DNA of 32,000 bases from Candidatus Kuenenia stuttgartensis (lineage in GTDB: Bacteria > Planctomycetota > Brocadiia > Brocadiales > Brocadiaceae). Below the pieces are notes generated by a model. It worked only from the letters and a program-made list of their open reading frames with translations, was not told the origin of the DNA and made no database searches. Shown piece after piece: positions 1 through 7,086 of this stretch (positions within the stretch are counted from its first letter, which is position 1; the number at the start of each line of letters is the position of its first letter). The stretch is from the NCBI RefSeq assembly GCF_900232105.1, contig NZ_LT934425.1, positions 3,900,001-3,932,000 of the forward strand, in the 5' to 3' direction. The position numbers were made by a program, and so were the translations under genes.

Positions 1-380
1 TTGGGTTGAACTATCTTTTTGCAACAAGCACACCAGTAACCATGAACTGTATGTTCCGTCACAACAGGGTCAAGGCGTGGAATATCTTCGATGTATCGCT
101 TATAAGTTCTTACCGGTTTTTGTAATGGCTGGTGGCAATCAGGGCAACTCTCCATGGAATGCGTTTGATAGGCAGTTACTGTTTCAGGTCGTTTCCGGCA
201 AACTCCCTTATGTCCCTTTTTCCTGCCACAAGGCCGTTTTCTCTTTTTCTTTGTGGGCTTTAGATAGGGCGGTATCGAACCGGAAGGGGTAGTCGGACCC
301 GGTTTATCGCAAAGCCGGTCATATTTTTCTGCTTTCTCCGCCAGTATCAGGATGGCTTGAATCGCATCCTCTCTGTCCAT
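1..380 (-). CDS. IS66-family transposase, N-terminal 126 codons only; the gene runs off the left edge of the window
   Basis: Not in the supplied ORF track because it is open at the window edge. Own translation of the reverse strand from the ATG at 378-380: MDREDAIQAILILAEKAEKYDRLCDKPGPTTPSGSIPPYLKPTKKKRKRPCGRKKGHKGVCRKRPETVTAYQTHSMESCPDCHQPLQKPVRTYKRYIEDIPRLDPVVTEHTVHGYWCACCKKIVQP. The helical start, Pro-rich linker, basic RKKGHKG stretch and CxxC...CxxC zinc finger match the usual N-terminal layout of IS66 TnpC-type transposases. Confidence 0.75.
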   Translation of the reverse strand, partial: MDREDAIQAILILAEKAEKYDRLCDKPGPTTPSGSIPPYLKPTKKKRKRPCGRKKGHKGVCRKRPETVTAYQTHSMESCPDCHQPLQKPVRTYKRYIEDIPRLDPVVTEHTVHGYWCACCKKIVQP

Positions 381-399
381 CTCCAAAATAGCTATGGCT

Positions 400-1281
400 T
401 CATCCCTGGTCACAGTCAAGAAACCTCCGAAAGTTTTTTTGAAGAGGGTAGAGGTAGAGATCCTTAGGTTGGCCATGATACAGATAGCGATTGCCCCGTT
501 TTGCGCTCCCTTTGGTTTTGCCAGCACGAATCCAATTGGCCGCCTGATAGCAGGTACCCTTAAACCGCGCGGTATCAACAAAGGTTTCGGCTAAATAAAC
601 GGGATGGCCGTAAACGGTATTCCAGTCATCTGACAGACGTCTGAGGGCAAGTGACAATACCTTGGATGCAAGGTGTTTGATCTTAACCCATGGTAGAATG
701 AGAAATCGTACGTTATTTGCAATCAAATGTAAGTGTGTACGTTTAGTCGTCTCATCCCATTCAATGAAACGATCACGGTCTTTGACTTTCCATGCGGCGC
801 TTGCCCACCCCAGGCAGGCAACAACCTGATTGCCTATACGTACGATGTGTCTGAGGTGTTCGCCAACAAGCCGGGGATTGCCGAGGTAGTGATAGTGTTG
901 GAAGAGATACTCCCAGAGATATCTTTCCTGAGGGTCTTTTACCACATGGATTGTCAGGTTTTCATACTCTGTGATTTTACCTTCTAGTGGTCTCCTGACG
1001 AAAAGGGGTGTCTGGACAAAGACCTTGGGTTTCAGATTGTTTTTGGCCCGTATACGTGGAGGAAGCGTTATCAATCCCTGTTCTTCTAATCTCAAAAGGA
1101 GGTCTCGTGCTGCGTATTCTTTATGTTTGCCATTGGGCTGCACCCAGTTCCAATGCTTGCATAGTTCGCAGGAAATATAAGTCCGACCTCTGAGAAAATG
1201 CTGCTCGATGAGCGCCTTTATAAAGGCGATATCGTCCGCATGCAGTTTTCGTGAACGGTATTGGAATATGATAGGCTTCAT
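400..1281 (-). CDS. DUF4338-like protein (the domain family of Druantia DruA), immediately upstream of the IS66 transposase
   Basis: 293-aa ORF. The N-terminal wHTH-like segment is ISCELCKHWNWVQPNGKHKEYAARDLLLRLEEQGLITLPP. The C-terminal block is YHYLGNPRLVGEHLRHIV...NNVRFLILPWVKIKHLASKVL...LAETFVDTARFKGTCYQAANW. I recognise both from memory as DUF4338 signatures. The stop at 400-402 lies 19 nt before the IS66 ATG on the same strand. Confidence 0.7.
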   Translation of the reverse strand: MKPIIFQYRSRKLHADDIAFIKALIEQHFLRGRTYISCELCKHWNWVQPNGKHKEYAARDLLLRLEEQGLITLPPRIRAKNNLKPKVFVQTPLFVRRPLEGKITEYENLTIHVVKDPQERYLWEYLFQHYHYLGNPRLVGEHLRHIVRIGNQVVACLGWASAAWKVKDRDRFIEWDETTKRTHLHLIANNVRFLILPWVKIKHLASKVLSLALRRLSDDWNTVYGHPVYLAETFVDTARFKGTCYQAANWIRAGKTKGSAKRGNRYLYHGQPKDLYLYPLQKNFRRFLDCDQG

Positions 1282-1372
1282 AAACTGTTTCCCTTTATTG
1301 AAGCCTTTTATACCACAAAGGAAAAACAGACGCCAGCTTTTTTTACCTTTTTTCGCTATTAATTTTTCAAAG

Positions 1373-1390
1373 AACTAAAGTGTTACAAAA
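1373..1390 (+). repeat. Copy 1 of a dispersed motif AACTAAAGTGTTACAAAA (extended form TTCAAAGAACTAAAGTGTTACAAAAT)
   Basis: Read directly from the sequence. Near-identical strings occur at 6697-6714, 21872-21890 and 28095-28114, all in plus orientation. Confidence 0.8.
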
Positions 1391-1525
1391 TATTACTATT
1401 GATCGAGAAAACTACCATACTTTTGCAAGGTGATTACGTACCGCGCCCGCTCTTCTTCTGTTTTCTATTTCTTTTTTACTGTTAAACTACTATTCCATGC
1501 ACAGTTTTAATCTTAGGATTCGTTC

Positions 1526-2074
1526 CTACGTTGCAAAAAAATCCTTTAACCAGTCATTATATCCGAGTATTCGATATACAATCTTACGCTCTGTCTTCAC
1601 TATTTGGCAGGGAATCATTATCAGGGTATTGAGAAACCGCCGAAATTCCATCTTTAACACCTGCCATCCCCTTTCTAAATTTGGCATCAATAATCCAAAC
1701 CATGCCTTGAAATTCCAGGCCTCGGTACGTTTCCCGGACGATTCTCAATATACAACACTTCCTTCGTGTTTGCCAATGACACAATAAATGGCGTATATCC
1801 CCATATCCCCTTGTGCGATATATTCATCCCCTCTTTACATTCTCCGTATGTCCCCACTATCGTTCCATCCACATCTATCAACGCTTCTTCCAATGCCTCT
1901 TTCCACCCTTCCTACCACACACGCTCTCATACCCTGTTGATAATCTCCATCAGCTCTCAATATCATTACGGTCAAACCGCCTTGTAAAATCTCTCGCCGT
2001 TGTAGGATCAGGTAGCTGGTAGGCTGGAGGCCATTAGCCTCCAACCCCCACTCGTCGCCAGATACTTTGGACAA
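1526..2074 (-). pseudogene. Decayed, 5'-truncated IS1380-family-like (DDE) transposase remnant
   Basis: Reverse-strand pieces lie in different frames with internal stops: [91 protein letters not shown], and MPNLERGWQVLKMEFRRFLNTLIMIPCQIVKTERKIVYRILGYNDWLKDFFAT*. The order and motifs parallel the intact transposase at 19554-20891 (WIDVDSTVDGVYGKQEGAEVGYNPHKKGQKAYHPLMAFIAETKEVL...; C-terminus WEVKTMRLWLIRVAGKLVERSR). The N-terminal ~100 codons are missing. Confidence 0.7.
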
Positions 2075-2161
2075 CGTGACAAAGCATCCTTTTTAAACCA
2101 TACGTCTTTCTCGTAGTCAGCGACCCCGACGTGTTGCTCTATAACAGAGAAAAGTCAAACA

Positions 2162-2458
2162 TCATGCTTTAGCACACGCCTTAAGAAATTCTCTTTCGAA
2201 TGAGAGTAACCCCATTTTAAAGAATCGGTGAACAGGGAAACGCTTGTTGTCTGTTCTCCATTTTCTTGAGAACTTGAAACATCTCAGTCTCATGCGTACC
2301 CAACAGTCTAATGAGCGATATACCTTTTGTACATTGCCCAGCCGAAAATAGTTGACATGCCCACGAATTACAGGGTTTAATGTATCAACAATGGCTTGCA
2401 GATTGACGCCCTGTGTACGTCTGGTTGCTAAGCCCCACAATAAATGAACCTGGAATTC
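2162..2458 (-). pseudogene. Group II intron-encoded protein, C-terminal maturase (GIIM-type) fragment only
   Basis: ATRRTQGVNLQAIVDTLNPVIRGHVNYFRLGNVQKVYRSLDCWVRMRLRCFKF matches the LNPxxRGWxNYF maturase motif. No reverse-transcriptase domain lies upstream; the frame opens just after a TGA at 2459-2461, and the track's 'M' is a TTG codon. It abuts the next element. Confidence 0.7.
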
Positions 2459-2463
2459 TCAGA

Positions 2464-2766
2464 TTAAGTGGAATTAATATATTGAGGTAAAACGGATTTT
2501 AGCAGATAGACAGCATCTGGGAAAGAGGAGTTGGAATCTACCATGACGATGTCGATGGTATTAAAGTTTTTTTTACAACGGAAACACCTGGCGAGGTTCG
2601 TATTTGGGTTGGTGGCGGAATTAAATTCAGAACAGAGAGGGCAGAGGAAGCGGAAATAGCCTTCGGAGTATTTATGAGGTATGGAGAGGACATCAGCGAT
2701 GAGTCGATCGATGGGGATATCGTTTCGTAATGAGCGCAAGAGTTGAGGGGAAAAGAGACGGGCCAT
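2464..2766 (-). CDS. Small CHC2-type (primase-like) zinc-finger protein, last gene of the transposition module
   Basis: 100 aa. FRFLCPLCSEFNSATNPNTNLARCFRCKKNFNTIDIV gives CxxC-x15-CxxC spacing, as in zf-CHC2. AGGAGG lies 6-7 nt before the ATG. Confidence 0.6.
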   Translation of the reverse strand: MARLFSPQLLRSLRNDIPIDRLIADVLSIPHKYSEGYFRFLCPLCSEFNSATNPNTNLARCFRCKKNFNTIDIVMVDSNSSFPDAVYLLKSVLPQYINST

Positions 2767-2777
2767 GGTAGACCTCC

Positions 2778-3569
2778 TTAAAAAGATTGAATTTCAGCAA
2801 GAGCCTGATGGAAGATATCCTGGGTAATTTTCTGTGATTGTCTGATGGAAGCGTTAATCAGGCAGGCGGTGGAAATGGCGTTGATTTGCCTTGGGATGCC
2901 GGCGGAGAACTCATGGATCAGGTCTTTGACGTCTGAGTCAAAGATTTTATCGGATGCGCCGGAAGATTTCAGATGGAAGTCTATGTATGCAGCGGTTTGA
3001 GTTTTAGTAAGGGGATGAATGTGGTAATGTACCGAGATGCGTTGTGCGAAGTCGGCATGGATGTCTCTTTTGAGGATATATTTGAGGTGTTCCTGTCCCG
3101 AGAGGATGATTTTGAGATGAGTGGAAGAATCAAGCGGAGAGCTGACAAGGAGTCTGAGGTCTGTGATGGCGTCGGTTTTCAGGAGATGAGCCTCGTCGAT
3201 AACGATAATGGGAGTGAGATTTGAGCGCAAGGATTTATCCATAATTTGGAGGAAGAGCCGGTCTTTGGTGTGTTTTGGTATTTCACCGAGCTGGGAGACG
3301 ATTAAGGAGAGAAGGCTGGATGATTTTAGGTGGGTAAAATGGAGGTAGATGGGGAGAAACAGGTTTTGGGGGATTTGTGAGAGGAAGAGTTTGAGGAGTG
3401 TGGATTTTCCGACTCCCGTCTGTCCGTAGAGGACGGCGATAGAGCCTGAGTGTAAGAGGTATTGGAGTCGTGCAAGCCCCTGGGTAAAGCGTTCGTCTTT
3501 CATGATAAGGCTGGTGTTGATTCTTTCAGAGAACGGCTGAGTAGTCATGGAAAAATGAGAAGTAAACAT
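2778..3569 (-). CDS. AAA+ transposition ATPase (ExeA/TniB/MuB-like, AAA_22 type)
   Basis: 263 aa. Walker A is LYGQTGVGKSTLL and Walker B is IIVIDEAHLL. It starts 2 nt after the end of the transposase and has a GGAGG RBS. Confidence 0.8.
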   Translation of the reverse strand: MFTSHFSMTTQPFSERINTSLIMKDERFTQGLARLQYLLHSGSIAVLYGQTGVGKSTLLKLFLSQIPQNLFLPIYLHFTHLKSSSLLSLIVSQLGEIPKHTKDRLFLQIMDKSLRSNLTPIIVIDEAHLLKTDAITDLRLLVSSPLDSSTHLKIILSGQEHLKYILKRDIHADFAQRISVHYHIHPLTKTQTAAYIDFHLKSSGASDKIFDSDVKDLIHEFSAGIPRQINAISTACLINASIRQSQKITQDIFHQALAEIQSF

Positions 3570-3571
3570 GG

Positions 3572-5132
3572 TTAAGAGACCTCCTTTTTCGAGTAAGCGA
3601 TTTGTAATTCACGAATGATATAGGGTAAGGTTTTCACGGAGGCATTTTGGAATGCCTCCGTGAGCAATGATTCGTTGAGAGCGGGGATACGGTTGTAGCA
3701 TTTTTTAAGCGATTCGAGTTCATGAGAGCTGAAGGCGGAGAGAGAGCCTTTGTGTCCCATGAGGAGTGCGAGTTTCTGGACGAATGCCATGAATGGCCAG
3801 GGTCGTTCGGAGATGATTTGGTGGTAATCAATGCCTTTGGCCTGAGCCTGGAGAATGGATTTGTGTTTCTGAGTGATAAGGTCGAGGTAATTATGTTTTG
3901 GTTTTGAAGGTGAGGCGGCTGGAGTTTCAGCGCCCTGGTCGCGCAGGTAGAGATTTCCCGAGCCGAGGTATTCACCGTTTGCGGAATAGATCAAGACCTT
4001 TTTGAGATCGCCGTATGGGTCGTAACGGACTTCTACTTTATCGCCTCTGAGTTTGGGGTCAACACGGTAAAAGCGGTTATCAATGCGGACATCGGCAAAG
4101 GTTCTGTCAACGGTTCTGGGGATGCGTTTCATGAAGAAGGCAAGAGCGGCGTCCATATCGACGTGTCGGATGACGGTAAGCCCCTCGTCGTAGCGTTGTT
4201 TTGGAGATTGATTGGTTTCGGAGTGGATTCTTGCGTGATAGACAACGGCAAGGTAAGCGGAGAAGGCCTGGTTAATGGCATCAAGGGTGATAATGTCGCC
4301 GGAGCGGACTTCCGACTCGAACTATGTCTGGCTGGTGCCGAAGAAACGTTCGACCAGTCCGCCGGGAGCAGGGTCGCGTGGTGGTCTGTGGATGAGTTTA
4401 ATGCCGAGGTTGTAACAGGCAGAGCGCAGGGCGTCAGAGTGGTAGACCTTGGCATTGTCGAGGTAGAGTTCTTTGGGCGAGCCGTGGATAGTCCAGGCCC
4501 TGATGAGAGAATCGATAAGGATATCGAGGGTTTGTTTGAGATAATACCGTCCTTCGACCACATAACGGCTGTAGCAGTCGATAAAGAGACAGAGGTTTGT
4601 GGGAAGCGCCTCGCCGTCAACGAGCACGAAAGGGCCTTCCTGGAAGTCGCCAATCCAGAGGTCGTGGGTATGCTCACGGCTAAGAGCGTATACGCACCTT
4701 TTGCTGTGAGACGCCGAGTTTGAGCCGGGTCGCCCCTGCGAGTCTGAGATGGCGGTAGAGGGTGGATTTGGGGATCGTTTTCCCATAGTATTTCTCAAGA
4801 AAGCGGTTGAGGCAATCGTCGCTGCGGCGTGGTTGTTCTTTTTTGAGTTCAACGGCTTTGTCGATAATTTCAGGAGAAAACCTTCTGGATGCGCCACGGT
4901 CGCTCCTCGCCTTTCTTGCAAGAGATTGAAATCCATCTTTGCGGTAGCGGTTGAGTTTTCTCCTGAGGGTAGAGATAGTGGGTCTTTTCCGCTTTCCGTT
5001 GGGGAATACGACCTCCTGAAGGCAGAGTTTTTTCAGAAAAAGGTTGGTCTGCTCCTTCTCAATCTCACCGAAGATGACAGGATGCAGAAGATTGCACCAG
5101 AATAAAGCCCATTTTTCGTCTTTCGATTTCAT
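3572..5132 (-). pseudogene. Mu/TnsB/TniA-type DDE (rve) transposase, disrupted by one frameshift and one in-frame TAG
   Basis: There are three pieces. The N-terminal HTH part (5132-4680) lies in one frame. The rve core (DLWIGDF...LYLDNAKVYHS...GGLVERFFGTSQT*) lies in a second frame. The C-terminal part resumes in the same frame as the core, directly after the TAG at 4322-4324 (FESEVRSGDIITLDAINQAF...HSETNQSPKQRY...VRIDNRFYRVDPKLRGDKVEVRYDPYGDL, a Mu-transposase C-terminal-like barrel). The frame change lies around 4680-4700. Confidence 0.8.
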
Positions 5133-5170
5133 AATTCACCTCCTTTTTTAAGTGTGGAGGTGATTGTAAC

Positions 5171-5809
5171 TCAAGACCAGCCGCTTTTTGTTGCCAGTTC
5201 GGGGAAAAATGAATGCCCAAAAATTCGGTGATATTCCGGCTCGGCGCTGAACAATTGAATCGATTGATCGAGGGAGGTTTTTCGTTGTTTGCTTTTATAC
5301 TTTCCGTGGTAAATGGGAAACATTTGGCGAAAAACCGGAGAGTTGGGGTCGGCCTGCCTGATGAGGTCAAAGGCGTTGCGGAGTGTGTATTTCAGTGAGC
5401 CAAAGAAACGCAGCCACCTCCAAACGGTTGACCAGGCAAGCATGCGGTTGTCTATTTCCTGTGTTCGGGTAGTATATCCGATGGCAGAGGAGACACTCCG
5501 GTAGGTTTCTGTATCATCTTTGACATAAGCCTGACTGAAGGAGAGACAGTGATCCTTTACGTACCGCTTGTAAGGGAGCGCATACTCAGGATAGGAAGTA
5601 AACGTCTTCTTGCACAAGGAACATTTCCAACGTCCCAGGAAAGATTCTATCGTATGAACAAGGGAGTCGATAATAACGTGAAACAACCGATATCTGCATT
5701 CATGAAGGGTGAAATTGACATGGGTACTCTTGCACTTTGGACAAAAGCATGGCTTCTGTTTTGTCGCAATAAGCTTTTCATGCTTGTGGATTTTTTCTAT
5801 AATATTCAC
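5171..5809 (-). CDS. Zinc-ribbon protein of unknown function, first gene of the transposition module (possibly DUF6431-like)
   Basis: 212 aa with a GTG start preceded by AGGAGG. Two CxxC pairs are present (CFCPKCKS...; CSLCKK). It resembles Cys-rich proteins that head some transposons. The family assignment is from memory and weak. Confidence 0.5.
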   Translation of the reverse strand: MNIIEKIHKHEKLIATKQKPCFCPKCKSTHVNFTLHECRYRLFHVIIDSLVHTIESFLGRWKCSLCKKTFTSYPEYALPYKRYVKDHCLSFSQAYVKDDTETYRSVSSAIGYTTRTQEIDNRMLAWSTVWRWLRFFGSLKYTLRNAFDLIRQADPNSPVFRQMFPIYHGKYKSKQRKTSLDQSIQLFSAEPEYHRIFGHSFFPELATKSGWS

Positions 5810-5838
5810 GCACTGCCTCCTTTGTATAGGGGGGAAAT

Positions 5839-5893
5839 GGGCAGGAGGATGAAGTTTCCCAACGTTCGGTCCTCCTGCCCTGAGTTTTTTATG
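5839..5893 (+). terminator. GC-rich hairpin followed by a T-run (intrinsic-terminator-like) just outside the transposition module
   Basis: GGGCAGGAGGA (5839-5849) pairs perfectly with TCCTCCTGCCC (5870-5880). The loop is 20 nt and is followed by TGAGTTTTTTAT. No plus-strand gene lies upstream, so its role is unclear. Confidence 0.35.
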
Positions 5894-5943
5894 TTCCGGA
5901 AAAATCTTACAAAACTTGTCCTCGTGAAAACGGGGAACTGGGA

Positions 5944-6053
5944 AGTAAACCGCCGTTAGGAAGTTTGGAAGTGGTTTTAACCCCTTCCAAACTATTTAAT
6001 GAGGCTTTACTCCGCCTTACGGACGTAACTTCTTTCTAACGGGGTAAACGATG
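5944..6053. repeat. Nested inverted-repeat structure (outer imperfect ~20-nt arms, inner perfect 10-bp hairpin)
   Basis: The inner stem AGTTTGGAAG (5962-5971) pairs with CTTCCAAACT (5984-5993). The outer arm GTAAACCGCCGTTAGGAAG (5945-5963) matches the reverse complement of CTTTCTAACGGGGTAAAC (6032-6049) imperfectly, sharing CCGTTAG-AAG. A CCGCCTTACGG near-palindrome lies at 6012-6022. Confidence 0.55.
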
Positions 6054-6696
6054 TATTTTTCTTAACGTGAACAAAAAATCAAGTGAAATACTTACGCAGG
6101 ATAAAAAAAATGCGGGGTAGCTGGGTAAGATTTTTCAAATCATTTGCTGGGTATTAGACTCAAATATTCTGAGACTAATTGGGCATTTTTGGAGCATTTA
6201 TTCTAAGACGTAGCAACTGGTATGGAACCGATGGTTTTCTGGGACAGAAGATAAGTCAGGGGCGGTGAGAAAGTCTTTCACAAAGCCTTGATCCCGATGG
6301 GTGAATGGTGCGGATGAGAACGATACCAAAACAATTGCGAAATACCACGGGCGTAGATAAACGTGAACGGTATAGTCATTTTCGTAAACAGCAGTAAGAG
6401 CGATTCCGTACTTGGAGGGGTATTCAAAACGTGAAAATGTAGATATTTTTGCGACCGGAGATATTTTGTCCTTGACAAAAGCCTTCTAATGAGTGAACCC
6501 ACGAATGTAGTTTCCATCGCTATTACGTTCCCAAACAGATACTTCACTATGTTCAGTACAAGGTTTGAGAACGAGTTGTGCTTCGGTAGTTTAATAGATT
6601 ACGCTGAATAGTTACGGAAATTGTGGGGTGGGTAAAAATTAATGCTGTTGCGTTTCTGTCTTTTAAAACGCAACCCAATTTAAATATGTTTCAAAA

Positions 6697-6714
6697 AACT
6701 AAATTGCTACAAAA
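6697..6714 (+). repeat. Copy 2 of the dispersed motif (AACTAAATTGCTACAAAA, 2 mismatches)
   Basis: TTTCAAAAAACTAAATTGCTACAAAAAT compares with TTTCAAAGAACTAAAGTGTTACAAAAT at 1366-1392. It lies 372 nt upstream of the GNAT/C39 gene. Confidence 0.6.
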
Positions 6715-7086
6715 ATAATTATTTCTTTACTTTTTTATAAAGCGCAGATATAAGCAATTTATAATAAATCATACAAATAGTACTTTTTCGCTTCAATTTA
6801 GTCCGAAAATAGGTTTTTACCCTCCCTTGTGAGACTGTTTTAGGCTATGAAGGTTTCACCTGTAGTTTTCATTTCGACCAAAGGATAAATCCTGAAGAGT
6901 CCTCGCTCGTTCGGAGTTCCGAATGGCAGATTAAAGGGATGTTTCTTTCTCCTTTGTGACCGAAAGTAATGGATTTTTAGTAGAGAGAGAACTATTAATA
7001 GAACATTTCTGACATACCCATTATATAAACTGTCTGTACCTTTTATCATTTCTTTTACATATTTCACAGGGATAAACTGTTTTTAC

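Larger units (their letters stand above)
2464..5809 (-). mobile_element. Mu/Tn552/Tn5053-like transposition module (minimum extent; ends not defined): Zn-ribbon gene, DDE transposase (disrupted), AAA+ ATPase, CHC2-type Zn-finger gene
   Basis: Four co-directional, tightly packed genes with gaps of 2-38 nt. Each is preceded by a strong Shine-Dalgarno sequence (AAGGAGGTG, AGGAGG, GGAGG, AGGAGG). The region is GC-richer than the backbone. I could not find matching terminal inverted repeats by eye. Confidence 0.65.

Noticed and set aside
2040-2161. Group II intron domains V/VI downstream of the maturase fragment
   Set aside because: I tried to fold the minus-strand sequence after the maturase stop. 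I found only an ACGTC/GACGT 5-bp stem with a 21-nt loop and a separate 7-bp hairpin at 2024-2042. Neither resembles the 34-nt AGC-containing domain V with a GNRA loop. This cannot be excluded without a covariance model.
3634-4723. Long ORFs antisense to or overlapping the transposase (4163-4723 +, 4129-4677 -, 3634-3975 -, 3722-3907 +, 4749-5105 +)
   Set aside because: They lie inside a GC-rich region whose primary frame has clear rve/Mu-transposase homology. Their products are low-complexity (Ser/Pro/Thr/Arg-rich) and they lack RBSs. This is the typical alternative-frame artefact of GC-rich DNA.
4680-4740. Programmed ribosomal frameshift joining the transposase N-terminal and core frames
   Set aside because: There is no slippery heptamer (A-AAA-AAG type) or obvious downstream structure at the frame junction, and the same gene has a nonsense codon. 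A mutational frameshift is more likely.
5549-5959. 136-aa plus-strand ORF overlapping the start of the Zn-ribbon gene
   Set aside because: It is antisense to a gene with a strong RBS and runs through the hairpin region. It has no RBS and no recognisable motifs.
4322-6488. Two in-frame TAG codons (4322-4324 and 6486-6488) as possible evidence for amber read-through or recoding
   Set aside because: TAG is used as the ordinary stop of confident housekeeping genes in this window (hemA at 17857-17859, the ccsA-like gene at 16339-16341). The transposase also carries a frameshift. Simple pseudogenisation explains both.
6278-7067. Track ORFs 6278-6547 (-) and 6840-7067 (-)
   Set aside because: Neither has an RBS or recognisable domains. 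Composition is AT-rich intergenic-like. The first overlaps a different frame that looks more protein-like (reported separately as a low-interest finding).
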